Under the pieces are notes generated by a model. The model was not told where the DNA came from. It was given only the letters and a program-made list of their open reading frames with translations, and did no database searches. DNA of 64,000 nt from Vicugna vicugna (lineage: Eukaryota): positions 258,048 through 322,047 of the forward strand of contig MU057947.1 in NCBI GenBank assembly GCA_013265495.1. Direction: 5' to 3'. Position numbers and translations under genes: made by a program. Each line of letters opens with the position of its first letter. The stretch's first letter is position 1. Of this stretch, positions 1 to 12,704 are shown piece after piece.

Positions 1-1170
1 AATCTCCTTAAGTTCTTACTAACTGGAGTTTCCTTAAAGGGAGGGCACAAGAAGACCCCCACTGGGCAGCGCTCAGCCAAGAAGGTCGTCCCCATCTCCG
101 CGTGTCGTTTACTTTCATCACACGCGTATTTGTCGCTACAGTTGTGCTGTGTTGTCTCCCTGAGACCCAAAATGTATCAATGGCCCAAAAGTTCAAATTA
201 TTAAAAAAATTTAATAATGAATCATTACGTTTTAATGTCTACTAAATATAAAATTATCATGTTTTGGAAAGAAAGAATCATTTTCATATTAATCATTGTT
301 TAAAGTTTCAGTAGGAAAGCAGTACCCTAAATACTCCCACAGCGCTGCGCAGACTCCGATTTCAGCACACACTATGAAGAGCGAGCCTGTGACGCACGAC
401 GGCGTCCACCAAGCACCCAGAACACTCAGGGCTGTCAGGATGCAAGAGGAGGATTATCTGAAAGCTGACTTTTACTGACCCGCCCACCTGCGCGTCGCTA
501 GCATCCAGCGTCTCGGATAAAATGTTCTCGGTTAGTGGCATGAAGGCATCAGAGGAGGGAAAGAGACCAAAACCACAGAAACGGCGTTCACGGTCAGAGC
601 TTTCCTGGCTGAAACCGGTCACGTCACACGTGGAGAAACTTGTAAATCTGGCCACTGGTTAGAGGTTGTGGTCGGGGAAGGAGAAGCAGCAACAGGCGAA
701 CCTCCTCTGTGACGCCACTCTCGATGTCGCTGATACTAACAGCGGCTCTCCTCATCTGTAGCAGGTGTCTTGCTGCACAGCGGGGCAAAGCCCTGCGCGT
801 GCAGAGCTCAAACCAGGCCTGCGTCCCTGTGGGGAGACGTGCAGAGCAACGCGCTGCCAGCAGGACGCCCCTACTCCCCCGAGGACTCCGAGAGGGGAGG
901 TTTGACGTGCATCCAGGCATCACCTGGTGAGCGGTGATACAGACAGAGAAGGCGTGCGGGGTCCGCGCTGCTGGGCAAACAGGAGCGCGCATCTGAAGCC
1001 GGGTTTCTACACCTGCCCCACTCTCGGGGAACGGAGGGCCTCTGGTCTTGATTCCAGCTTGAAGAAAATAATAAAAATCGTGAATATTACCAAGCCTCAG
1101 AAGCAAGCTCCACGCTTTGTGCACGGACTCGGACAGCGGGGGCTTCCCCACGCTTTGGGACAGCAAGCTC
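1..1170 (+). pseudogene. RGS-domain remnants (about 3 domains)
   Basis: 1-90 NLLKFLL...QRSAKKVV; 296-478 KYSHSAAQTP...HQAPRTLRAVRMQEEDYLKADFY* (compare MEKDSYRRFLKSRFY); 596-667 RAFLAETG...HWLEV; 1047-1097 LDSSLKKIIKIVNITKP; about 1141-1158 GFPRF after removing one base. Confidence 0.6.
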
Positions 1171-1604
1171 CTCAGCAGAGTTTTGAAATGAAAAATAAGT
1201 AGACACTTTCCTTTGTGACACTAAAATGGCACTGAAGACCACCATCTGCTCCTAAAGGCTCACTGAAGGGACCTCAGGAATCTGCTCAGTGTTCTGACAG
1301 CTAAAGCTCATCACTTTAGGACTAAAATTCCACATTAGATACTAGAAAAAAAGGGTTGAAATTTCTCAGTAAGACCCAACTGCAGGGTAAACAGCTTATT
1401 CGTCAGAAGTTTGAGCCTTTCCAAGCACTTAATGCTTTTCTCTTTTGTACTATGGGCTGAAGTAATTAATGGCATATTTTAGGGGGCATATCTTAAAACC
1501 CATGTAAATGTAGAAACAGTATGATAAAACATTTTTCAGATCCAAGAGCAACCAAATATTGGGTTTCACCACTGTTTCCCAAACTGGAACATTCCATCTT
1601 CTAA

Positions 1605-1918
1605 CAGGAAGACCTCAGAGGCATTGCGGGTTCGGCTCCAAACCACCACAGCAAAGCAAGTATTACAATAAAGCAAGTCCCACGCGATTTTTGGTTTCCC
1701 AGTGCATGTAAAAGTTATGTTTACATACACTGTAGCCTAGTAAGTGTGCAAAAGCATTACGTCTAAAAAAAGAATGGACACACTTAACTTTAGAATAATG
1801 CTGTTGGGAAAACGGCGTTGGTAGACGTGCCCGACGCGAGGCTGCTACAACCTTCAGTGTGGAAAAAACGCAGGATCTGCAGAGAAGTGAAGCACAGTAA
1901 AAGGATGCGTGGCTGTGG
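1605..1918. mobile_element. Tigger1-derived MITE (internally deleted TcMar-Tigger, Tigger1a-like)
   Basis: Both Tigger1 termini are recognisable (caggaagacctcagag...ttttggtttcccagtgcatgtaaaagttatg and ...ggtagacgtgcccgacgcgaggctgctacaaccttc...), joined by an internal deletion. Confidence 0.8.
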
Positions 1919-4709
1919 CTGCGAGCGACCCAGGCTCAGGGACCAGCATCCAGGGGACTGGGAGTCCTCCGTGAGACAGAGGTACCTTGCAGCAACGGTC
2001 AGACCCACGCACTGCCCAGTGGCCAGACCTGCCATCAGGGACACGGGAGCTCCTGACGTCACTGGTCCACGTTACAAGTGGAGGCACTGACACAGCCTCA
2101 TCCTCACCAGGAACAATGCACAGCCCGCTCCCCACAACCGAAACTGCAGGTTAGGATTTTCTAATTCAGAATTTAAAAGGCTGAGAAGAAACTGTCTGAA
2201 GGTGGACCTACCAAAGGCTTAGCTATCTTTGTTACGTATTGGGTACCTTCGTTAATACCTCACTGATGTAGGCAGAGGAGGTGTCCTTCCGAAAAGGAAA
2301 CATGATGTTTTAAATTAAACTGGGACACATCATGTTCATTAACCGAAATCCTGGCCCCTTTGCTCTAGACATGGAATTGGGACAATCCCTGGCCCTGGAA
2401 ATCTGGGCCCTTCTGAGCCTTAAACAGTCAAACAGCAAAGACGGGCCCCAGTGCCGCATGTAAGTCACTCTGAGATGCAGCTCAGCAAAAGCCACACCTG
2501 TGACCGTGCATCTGTGAATCTGATGGGCCTTTTCGTTTTGAATCTGGCAGTCAGGGTGGCCGTGCAGCCCGACCGAAGCTCTACAGGGGAAGGCGGTGCG
2601 ACGTGCAAGGGCCGAGGTCGGAGTAAAGCCGTGAGCGCCCGGGCCTGACGCGCCATGGAGCTGCTCTCCAGTACCGCACGTGAGCGCTCCCGTCTCCCAG
2701 CTCCACCGGGGACCCACGGCGCCCCGAGGCCACCACCCGCCGCCCGCCCGGCTCAGCCACGGGACGTGTCAGCCCCAAGCAGGATCTCGTGTGCCAAGAC
2801 TTAAGGGCAACACTAACAAAGAGCAAGAGACACACCCGCCACAGGACAGCAGGTGGTGGGAGGGGGAGGCGTGAGGCCCTTACACGCCCGACCACCTGCG
2901 ATCGGCCACCTGCGATCGAGAGCGAGTTGTGAATCCAGGGCTTTCGCGGGGAGGGTGTGTGAAGGGCTGAGAAGCGACCACTGGCCCTGGGCTGTTAGAG
3001 GCTTTATTTTTCTTAAATTGTGAGTCGGGGGAGTCCCTGGCCAGGGCTGAGGTGGGACCAGCCTGTGTGGCTCCCACCCCAGGCCCAATGGGGGACCCTC
3101 CTGTCGGTGTTCTCACTTCTTTGCACCGCGCTACCCTGGTGCCACCCAGCCTCCCAGCCGGGTGGGGGCTACCCAGAGGCAGGGACGGGAGAGCCAGGAA
3201 CAGAAGGAGAAAGACCCATGGACCCGCCCAAATGCACACCTGTTCCCAGCAAGGGACGCAGGTGTGAGACGGCAGGGCTCGGGGCCGTGGGCCTGGGCCA
3301 GGCAAGGGCTCAGGCTGCGCAGAGACGGGCGACCGCGCAGAGGCAGCTGCAGGCCTGCAGGAGGAGCTGGCTGTGTGCCGTCAGGGACCCCACCGCCCAG
3401 GGCCTGCCGGGCCGCCCAGCTGAGGGCAGCAGCTCGGGGTCACTGGAGGAGGAAGGAACCTTCCTTTGAGAGCTGCTGACCCCGGGACCCCAGTCCTCTC
3501 CAGGGGCCCCAGGCCCGGCCAGGGGGGGAAAGAGCAGCTGCCCCATTAGAGGTCCCAGAGCAGACTTCTCCCCAGATGTCCCGCCCCAGCCGCGTTTCAA
3601 CGCCGTCCAAAACAGCCTCCACGTGAAACCAGAGGTTCCAGAGCAGCAGGGCTAGTTTCTCGGAAGTAGCTTGTTTTCGTTACACTGAGCACGGTGACCG
3701 CAGCGGCCAGTGCGAGGTGGCGGGCGAGGCAGTCCATCCCGCTGACCGATGGGGGACCAGGCAGAAGCAGCGGACGTGGCGCGTCACAGGGCTGGGTTCT
3801 CTTCACCGGCCTCCCTTCCCCTTCCCCTCGGGTTAACTCTGTCAAAGAGCCTCTTTCAAAGTTCAGGGTAAACCTGCGGCCCCGGCCAGCCTCAGCGTGT
3901 TCGCGGCACGGCCGCCCCCTGTGGACGACGCACCTCGCGCACCTGCAAACGGCTCGGGATGGCGGGCCCTGAGCCTGACGGTCCGCCTGCCTCTGTTCAC
4001 CGTCGTCCCAACTTTGCAGAAGGAGAGAGGGAGTTACAGGGCAAAGGCAGGCGGCTCTCAGGGAGGAGTTCAGAAGGGTAAGACCTTCGGACGAGAGAAC
4101 ATGACCCCCCTCTCCCCGTCCAAGATCTGGGCTTGTTCCTGAAGCAACTGCGACTCTATCCAAGTAGATTGACTGAGTTTCTAAAACATGAGGCACAGAG
4201 ACAGAGAAACACAAGCGGGGTTCCTGAGGAGCTGTTCAGAGTGAACCGGGCGGGGCGTGGGGAGAGGGTGCTGTGTTCCTGAGAACCGGCTGGCTCAGCA
4301 GGGGTTAGTCGGCCTTTCCGGTCAGGGTTAAACAGAGATCAGGGTTAGAGCAGTCAACGTTTTTCCCCTCCATCGAAAACTGTTTTAAGAAAATCACATG
4401 AACAGACAGGCCCTCCATCCCCAAATCCCAGGGCCCATGCAGGTCTGGGCTTGGGCTGGAGATGAGGGCTGGGCTGGCTCCCCTCGACCTAAGGAAGTCC
4501 CCGTCTACAGACTCCACGTTCCCCCCGCTGCCTGTGCCCCAGCCCCAACCCACTGGGAGAAGGGCACCCGCCCCCTCCTGGGTCTCAGGGCCCAGGATCC
4601 AGGGCGGGTTGGGGCTGCTTTGGTGACATGCTCCTTCCCTGAGACCTTCAGGCAAAGTAGGCCTTCCACCCTTTGTGCTTTCTGTAAATTTTTCATCTTC
4701 TATCTCCCC

Positions 4710-4920
4710 CTACTTTTATGCTGAAAAATTTCAAATATAAAAAACAAAACTGAAAGGATGCTACAATAAATGCCTACGACTGATACCAGATTTGCCAGCT
4801 TTTAATGGTTTGTCACACTTGTTAAATCATTGACAGGCGGTCGCTCCATCCTGAAAACCTTCCGTGTGTCGCCTACGAATAAGGAGGCTTAAAAAAAAAG
4901 GCATGACTTTGACTGATGTG
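4710..4920 (-). mobile_element. Old L1 (L1MC/L1ME-like) 3' UTR fragment
   Basis: ttttatgctgaaaaatttcaaatata...tacaataaatgcc resembles an antisense old L1 3' terminus. Confidence 0.5.
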
Positions 4921-5109
4921 CACAATGTGGAGCTGGAAGCGGCACTCTGTTCGATGGGGGCTGGCGAGTGGGGGCCCCAACTTGTGCCTGTCGGTGCCAG
5001 GGCCAGCCCGACGTCCTCACCACGCTGGCCATGCTCACCCTCGCGCAGGCCTCAGCCAGCGCCCAGCCCCAGGACTCACGCTCCCGCAGCGATGACAACA
5101 CACGGACCA

Positions 5110-5880
5110 AGTGTCCACAGAATTCTGTACTCAGAGCATCCTGTACCAACTTCAGCACCAAATAAACCACAAGTGCAGGTCGATGAGGCTCTGACCGCAC
5201 CCATGAGCGTTTCTCTTGAGTTATTTCCGTCGTAATTAACACCTTTAGGAACAATAACACATGGACTTGAAGACGTTACACTGAACAGTGCTGTGTGTGA
5301 AGAAGAAAACAGGAAAACTAAGACAGGCTGACCACGGGGGACACTCAGACTCAAGGAAAGAGGAAGGACAGCTTCCCCAGACTCGTGGCACTTGTTTTGC
5401 ACACTCACCAGGCAGCAGGAGCTGGTGAGCCTGCTCCTCACACACTTCCCCCAAAAGGGGGTCTTTGTTAGAAGAAACAAGTGAAGGTCCCTCTTGTAAA
5501 GACCACTCACAACCTCAAACACCTGAGTTTCCCCTCCTAGTCCTCTCCTGCTAGCCCACGGCCCCACCAGGACACGGACCAATCGATGAACAGAGAGCTG
5601 TGTCCTGAGGTCTCGGACTTCCCCAGCCTCCTCCCACTCCCTGGGCCCAGCTCCCAGCCACCCCCACAGCCTCCGTCACGGAAAACCTCCTTGGGGACAG
5701 TTCTGGTGCTCACTTATACTATGGTGTAAGCAGCCTAAATCTCCCCAGATGGATTTACATTTTGGAGGATATCAAAACTTTAAGCTAAAGCAGCATGTCC
5801 CTAAACCCACGGGAGTAATCAGCCTTTCCTTCGTTTCACCTGCAGGCGTAATCAGCCCGAACGCTCCCAAATACCCCCTG
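5110..5880 (+). pseudogene. RGS-domain remnants (2 domains)
   Basis: HRILYSEHPVPTSAPNKPQVQVDEAL...ELF (ORF 4864..5235 frame); 5749-5880 MDLHF(W)..DI..FK...ISLSFVSP...ISPNAPK with frameshifts. Confidence 0.5.
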
Positions 5881-6824
5881 AAGAAGTGACACACAGAAGG
5901 CAGACAGAGGGGGCAACATGACCCCGGTGGGGACAGAAGGAGAAAGGTGTGGGGGGGCCTTCTGCTCTGCCCCAGGGCCCCCTCTGAGCCTCCATCGCCC
6001 CCCAGTATTCCTGCCGGTGGCCTGGCGGCCTCCATTCCCGCAGATCGGCTGCTGACATGGCGAGTCGACACAGCGAGTCCCTGCAGCTGAAAGATGCCAT
6101 TTCAAATGCAAAAAGGCAGCCACTTCTGCTGTATTGATTGCCAGCTGCCAGAGTCCGCTTCCCTCAGCCAAACACTGAGTGACTCCAGTCACAGGCAGTC
6201 ACAGCCCAGTAGACAAAGGTGACAGGGCATCCAGCTGCACACAGGACGCCTGACTGGACGGCAGCAAGTGCCTGGCGTAGACGAGGAGCGGGCAATCACG
6301 GCCACGTCCTGGCACCGCTACTGCCACCTCACTCCCACAGTCGCCGAAGCCCGGCTCCCTGTGGACCCCTCCCACCCTGGGCTGGGCAAAGCAGAGCCCA
6401 CTCTGGGGGCTCAGGCACAAAACCCAACCAGGGGACCTCCACCCTGACCTGGTGCGGGCTCAGGGGAGACAAGACAAACTGCTCCTGCAGCCCGTCGGCC
6501 AAGCTGCTCTGAGAGGAAGGCCGGCCGGGCTGCCAGCACATTGGGCCTGCGGGGCCACTCACAGGGCCGGCCCTCACAGCTGCCCCGGGGCCAGCAGCTG
6601 ATGGATGGGTGGGGATGGTCCCCCTCCTCCCTAAACCTCCCTGGGTCTTGCCACTCACAAAAACCAGTCCCAAGTATTCCCCAGAGAAGCTTGGTTCAGC
6701 GCAGACCCACCCACTCCCGCCTGCAATGATTCTCTGACCCTCTCCCTGGCTCTTACCAGCCCAGGTGCACCACACTTACTCAAGGCCCGGCAACAGAAAC
6801 ACGTATTAGTTTCCTTAAAGAAAG

Positions 6825-7262
6825 TGAGAGACTGACTATACAGACAATGGCCAGACTGAGGATGACAGTGGACTCCGACCCACAAGCTCAGCAGTGACCA
6901 GCCCGGGAAGTCAAACCACAGCCCCTGCGATAATCAGCCCAGAGCGGTCAGGACAGGCCAGGAGCAGCCAGCTTCCCTCATCTTTGCAGGGCCAACTACA
7001 GAAAGCCAAATCGACTCTCTAAACACCTCACACCGGATGCTCAGCTTCCAGCCAGCTGCCTCCAGTTTCCCCAGGTCAGCGGCCTCCAATCAGGGCACGG
7101 CTGGACCCTCCCCTTTTCCACCATGAAGCATTCCCGCCCCTCTGCCTGCCTTTGAGTCTCTGACAAATGCAGCTGATGGAGGCCAAGCCCCTCTGCTGGA
7201 GCAGCCTCTGAACCAGGAGCCTCCATGTGCTCTCCTTTGGGTGGTCGCCATTTACTTCCCAA
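6825..7262 (+). mobile_element. Solo ERV1-class LTR (MER90-like)
   Basis: tgagagactgactatacagacaatggccagac...gacccacaa...cagcccgggaagtcaaaccac...gccagcttccct matches the recalled MER90-family LTR. Confidence 0.65.
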
Positions 7263-7299
7263 AAGGACATGCAAGGACCTCAAATAACTCACTTTAACT

Positions 7300-8190
7300 A
7301 CTCTCTATCTTAACAGAATCAGAGGACAAACGACCAACTCGGAGAAAACATTTGCAAATTACTTATCTCATAATGTACTTATATCCAGAATACACCAAGA
7401 ACTCTAAGAACTCAACAGGAAGCAAAAATCGGCAGAAACAGACACCTCGCCAAAGAGGATATCAAAATGGCAATAAACACACAAACATATTCGACATCAT
7501 TAGCCATCAGGGAAAGACAAATTAAAACTACTGCACAGCTATTACAATGGCCACAGTAAAAGATCCTGGTAATGACAAGTGCTGGCGAGAACGTGGTCAG
7601 CTGCATCTCTCATCCGTCGCTGGCGGGAACGCAAGATGGCAGTCACTTTGGAGACCAGGTTCATCGTTGCTTATAAAGTCAAGTGTGCACTTACTATATG
7701 ACCCAGCACCCCCATCCTAGGTTTTCACCCAAGAAAAATGAAAAAATTATGTTCACACAAAAAAACTATACCCCGATTAATTAGAGCAATGTTATTTATA
7801 GTTGCCAAAAACTGGAAACGACCCAACTGGAAAACAAACTGCGATCCATGCGTGTAATAAAAATAAGTCAGATACTGATAAATGCAACAGCAAAGGATGC
7901 CCTCAGATGCCAGCAGAAGAAGCCAGACCCAAAGGCCACATCATGTAAGATTCCATGAGTATGACATTCTGGAAAGGGCAGACCTACAGGGACACAGAAC
8001 AGAACAGTGGCTGCCAGGGGCTGGGACGGAGGAAGTGCTTCACTACAAAGACACGGGTCAAGGGGTTTGGGGGGTGATGGAAGAGACCTGTGTCTCAACT
8101 GTGGTGCTGACGTGACTCCCAGCATTTGTCAAAACTCAGAACTGTCCACCACGAGAAGGAATTTTACTGTGTGTAAGTTTAAAAGGAAAT
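7300..8190 (+). mobile_element. L1 (L1MC/L1MD-like) ORF2 end and 3' UTR
   Basis: Typical motifs: ggagaaaacatttgcaaat, tatgacccagca, agaagccagacccaaaggccaca, catttgtcaaaactcagaactgt. Confidence 0.85.
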
Positions 8191-10224
8191 AAGTGACATT
8201 TTAAGAAATCTTCTCTATCAACATAGCTTTTCGGATGCTCATTTCCAGCAAGGTTTTGAAGGACAATCGTAGTGCTCTGAAGTTGCACGTTGCATTTTTT
8301 ATGCTAAACGCCGTTAGTGACACAAACGCTAACTGCAAAAATGGAAAAAACAACAGGCACACGGCTTCCCACCGGCATCCGCACCCCACCTTCGCCCCCA
8401 GCCCCCACCCAGCACACTCTCAAGTCTATTGATTTACTTAATTTAGAACACGCGCTGTTTTCTGATGGCAAAGGTGATACATGCTCGCTATGAAGATCTT
8501 AAAAAGAGGAAGACACAGACAGCACCAACCGTACCACAGTTAACTATCCTAACCTGTCATTTTCTTTTTCAAAATACTATTGTTTCTTGAATGAAGTTCT
8601 TATTAGCATTAATGGAATATTAAAAACCAGCCGACACAAATGGAAGGTACCCATAAAATGAGCGTAACTTTGATAAATCAGTTTAACTGCATTTTCAAAG
8701 GTTAAATTTGGGAAAACTGAAATACAGGCAATGAGGTATCTAATGAATTCCCCTGAACACCTGCTTGAGAGTAAGCTCCTCCATGGAAAGAAGGCACCTG
8801 CCCATGGTCAGCCAGCAAGGACGGGCCGCGTCTTCCCGTGGGCCCTCAGCGTGGAGGCGGGGGGGCTTGTGGAAACAGACGTGGGGCTGGTGCCTCCCCT
8901 CCCAGGGCTTCTGGTCCCGTAGGCCCGGGCCGGGTTTGGAATGTGCTCTCTTGGCAAACTCTCAGATGTGGCGCTGCCTGCCAGTCGGGGGCCCTGCTTT
9001 GAGGTGCCTTTCTTCGCCTTCTAGCTGATGGCAGTTTTCAGTCTGAGTATGAGCGCCGAGAAGACCAGCCCACGTCTCTACCTTCTCAGAAACACTGAGC
9101 CGCCTCACCCTGGTAACGCGGACCCGAGAATCGAGTCCTAGCAAAGCGGTGCTAGGAACTGTGGGTTCGGGCGCCTCCAGGCCCTGCTCTTCCGGCTGAG
9201 GGGTCGGGCCGCGCCCTGAGGTGCGGAGTTGGCTCTCTGTCCTCTCGGCGCCCCCGTCAAGGCGGGGGAGACACTCAAGAACACCTCTCGTCAAGCCTTT
9301 CAACTGTGTCTTCATCGCGTTCAGAAGACTTGCGGTGAGTCCTCCAGATGAGTCCATCGCTGGGTCACGCACACCAGGGAAAGACCCCGCCGTCGGCCTC
9401 AGGAGCCCCCAGCCTCCCAGTCACCGCCCTCTCCGGCCCTGCACGTGGAATACTGACGTCAGCGTGCGCTGCCTTCTCGGGATGAACGTCTGCTGTTCAG
9501 ACGAGCTAGTATGTCTGCAAGATACGCTCATTTGCAAAGCCGGCTGTAATCATGCGTACGATCTCACAGTTTGGAGATTTCATCCAGAAGGCTCTCGAGA
9601 CACAAACAGAGGGAGGACTTTTTCAAGCGAAGGCCGAGAAGCATCAGCGTTAAAGAGGCACTGTCTGTAGTCGGTGCCTATCTCGCCAGCGGCCCTCTCA
9701 ACACCACTGACAGCTCAATGGCTTTGCTGCTCTCCCCACTCCTGGCAGGGGTTCCTCTGGGTGCACAGGCGTCACATCCGGAGCATCCGTTTTGCGTCTG
9801 TGCGTCAGGGCGAGGGCTGAGACCGGCATGCGGCATCTAAAGGGGACTCCCTACTTCAGCCTCATCCCAAATGAAAATCAGCAAAATGCCATCGACAAAG
9901 TATAGTCATCCCACATTTGCCCGAAATTCATGGCAATACACAGGACCGCCATAACTGTGTTTGAGTCCTTCACCTGCTAAAACCCATGTCACCCCGCAAG
10001 TGGTGAGCATCAATTCCTCATAGAATGCCATTAAAACAGGCGTGTTTCCCGAAGAAGTTCAAGGAAAATATTCAATGACCCAAGGAGAAGAAAACCTACC
10101 CCAGCAATTACCATCTTACTGGAACAAAGTCACTGAGCCAAGAGGCAATAAACATGTTCATTTCCACATTTATGTTTAAAGTATTTGGTCCCTGCATTCT
10201 TTTACACACTCTGAACAAGAAATG

Positions 10225-10345
10225 ATGCATGGATGAATGGATGATGGAGGGAGGGAGGGAGGGATCGATGGATGGGTAGATGGTGAGTGGATGGAAGGAA
10301 GGAACGAGGGGAGGAAGGAAGGAAGATGGACAGATGGAGATGGAG
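10225..10345. repeat. Degenerate (GGAT)n/(GGAA)n purine-rich low-complexity tract
   Basis: Directly visible in the sequence. Confidence 0.8.
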
Positions 10346-10364
10346 TAGAGCCGTCATTACACCT

Positions 10365-10520
10365 GGAAGCAGATCGGCCTCGCCTGCCTGATAGTTGAAT
10401 AACCTTGGTCAGTCTGGCTCACTGAGATTCTGTTTCCCCAGTTTTAACCCAAAAAAATTCAGTAATGACTACCCACTGACCTTTTGAGGTTATTGTGGGA
10501 ACCACATTAAGTGATAAAAA
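10365..10520 (+). mobile_element. MIR fragment
   Basis: accttgg...ctgtttcccca...gttattgtggga...taagtgataa resembles the MIR core. Confidence 0.5.
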
Positions 10521-11276
10521 GGAAGGAGTTATTAAGATACACATGAATCCACTGGCTTAATGTCCTTTCTTATTTTATTTTATTTAAACTTTGATGTGAA
10601 CTAGACTCTGTCCGACTCTCCCAACAGTTCACTGGCGCACTTAACCCAAGCCGCTGCAGAACTGTTAGAACTCTGTGTGCGCACGTGAGAGTGTCAGCAT
10701 GCGATTCTGTGTGCGTGTGAGTGCGTGTGTGCGTGTGTGCACACACGCAGGCCCGCGTGCTTTTCCCCAGCCAAGCTGCTATCATGATCAAGAAAAAACT
10801 CTGAAACCAAAACAAAAAATGCTCATACACTTCTGCAGCTGTGTCAGGAATTTAAATAAAATATGTTTACATTCAGAGAAGACTTGAAAATGCCTGTAGA
10901 CTCTCAAACAGAGGACCGAGGGAGGCGTTTTCTGAATCCTCATCCAACAGCCGCTTGTCAGACTCGCCCAGACAGCTCTCGGGTGCCTTTACTAGACACC
11001 AAATCGCACAAACACCCTGTGTTTTCTTCCCCCAGTTCTCGGGAGGGCTGGCGTGTCACCCCAGTGTCCGCGGTGCTGTTCCCTCCCCCACCAGCAGGGG
11101 GGCAACCCATGAGACCACCCGCGCCCACGGCCTCCTAAACCCAGATAAAGACCCAAATAGCCCATTCACAATTCTGCCCGGCGCAGGGAAGCCCTCAACC
11201 AACCTTCGTTCCAGATGGGCAAGCCGGGGCGGGCAGCTGGAGTGCAAGTCCAGCTTCTTCAAACTGCGTCCACTTA

Positions 11277-11759
11277 CGTACTGGCTCCCCACTGCTGTGG
11301 TCGTAAATTACACAAACAAAGTGGCCTGAAACAACACAAATGTATTATTTTATAGTTCTATAGGTCGGAGGTCGCACCCGGGTCTTGCTGAGCTAAAATC
11401 AAGATGTCAGCAGGGCCGTGTTCCTTCCGGGGGCTCTGGGGGAGAACCCATTTCCTAGCCTTTTTCCAGCTTCTGGAAGCCACCTTCATGGCTTGGCTCA
11501 TGGCCCCTTCCTCCATCTTCAAGGCCGACAGCAGTAGGTGGAGTCCTTCTCATGATGACCAACTCTTCTGACTCCGTCTTCCACTTTCGGAGACCCTGTG
11601 ACTGCAGGGGGTCCACCTAGATAATCTAAGATAATCTCCCTATTTTAAGGTCAACTAATTAGCAACCTTAATTCCATCTGCAACTTTAATTCCCCTCCAC
11701 GGTGTGACACAGTGTATTCCCAGGTTCCACCTTTAGGGGCCATGACCCTGCCGACTAGA
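11277..11759 (-). mobile_element. MLT1D-like MaLR solo LTR with a 5-bp TSD
   Basis: acaacacaaatgtattatt...gctaaaatcaagatgtcagcagggc...gataatctccctattttaaggtcaactaattagcaacc; flanked by actta (11272-11276) and attta (11760-11764). Confidence 0.85.
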
Positions 11760-12564
11760 ATTTACCCTCCTCCTTTAGCTCCTTCTCCTCCCATAACTCT
11801 TCCTCAGGTAAGAGCTATTCTCAGGGGGAAAGTCTGACACATAAGAAACACATAATAGAGCAGGTTTGATTACCTCTTCTCAGAGTATCTGTTCTTCACA
11901 GAGACACAGCACTAACATTTATGATGGACACCAGGAACCAAGTGTTAAGCAAAAGGAATGAATCCCTAACTGTAGGGTCAAGGGTGGTAGAGTCCTAAAA
12001 AAGTAAGTGGGCCTTTAAGGGTGAGTGTTGTGAATTCAGAGCCTGCACCAACTTCCCCGACCACTGGTTCACTCACTCATTCAACCAACACGACCCATGG
12101 CACACTCTCTGCATGCTGTGGGGCAAGAGGGTCAGGGAAGATGATGATTGTCCATTCATGCTGCGGCCGGTGGGGAGACGTGAGCATGGACTGGGGGTTC
12201 TCAGAGGCCAGAGGTGCCGCTGCTCCTCCTCCTAACACTCCCGTGGCCCAGCAGCTGTCACCACCTCACAACAGGCACTGAGCACACACCACCCGAGTTT
12301 CACTGCTGACCTATCCTACTCCTCCCACCCCGGCCCCGCCCACAGGCACGGTCCTGGGTGGCCTCTGCGTTAAGGCAGTCATAAAGATGCACACAGTGGC
12401 AAACATTTTATTGACTTAGGCCCTGATAAGGCCAAATGTAGCCAAGCAGGGCAAGAAATGGCCACGGAGACATCTCAGCACAGAGCACCTCAGGGCTCAA
12501 TGTTCAGAACCAGCACTTGCTTCAGAATCAGACCCAAGTAGGAGGACGACCTCCAGCAAGGTTC

Positions 12565-12685
12565 CTGGGGCACACAATGGAGATAATAACACCCAGCTAA
12601 GAGGGTTCTGTGCAGATTAAATTGAATGATCACAGATGTAAAGCAATCATCACCTAGTAGGCATCCATTAAATGTTAGTTTTCTC
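12565..12685 (+). mobile_element. MIR 3' half
   Basis: aatggagataataacacc...gggttctgtgcagattaaattgaatgat...tgtaaagca...taaatgttag. Confidence 0.7.
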
Positions 12686-12704
12686 TGCCTCCAGCAGTTA
12701 CTCA

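Larger units (their letters stand above)
9561..11790 (+). pseudogene. Dense run of RGS-domain remnants (about 4-5 domains), split by a MIR, microsatellites and MLT1D
   Basis: ISQFGDFIQK; VKEALSVVGAYLASGP; SLLQPHP..QQNAIDKV*SSHICPKFM; QFLIECH*...RKIFND; 10594-10660 VN/LDSVR...NPS; 10818-10960 LLQLCQEFK...PVDSQTEDRGRRFLNPHP; 11185-11276 plus 11765 onward REALNQPSFQM...VQLLQTAST|YP. Confidence 0.6.

Noticed and set aside
624..4214. Long ORFs in the supplied track (for example 624..1166, 3020..3469 and 3597..4214)
   Set aside because: They are Pro/Gly/Arg-rich products of GC-rich DNA, overlap on both strands and resemble no known family.
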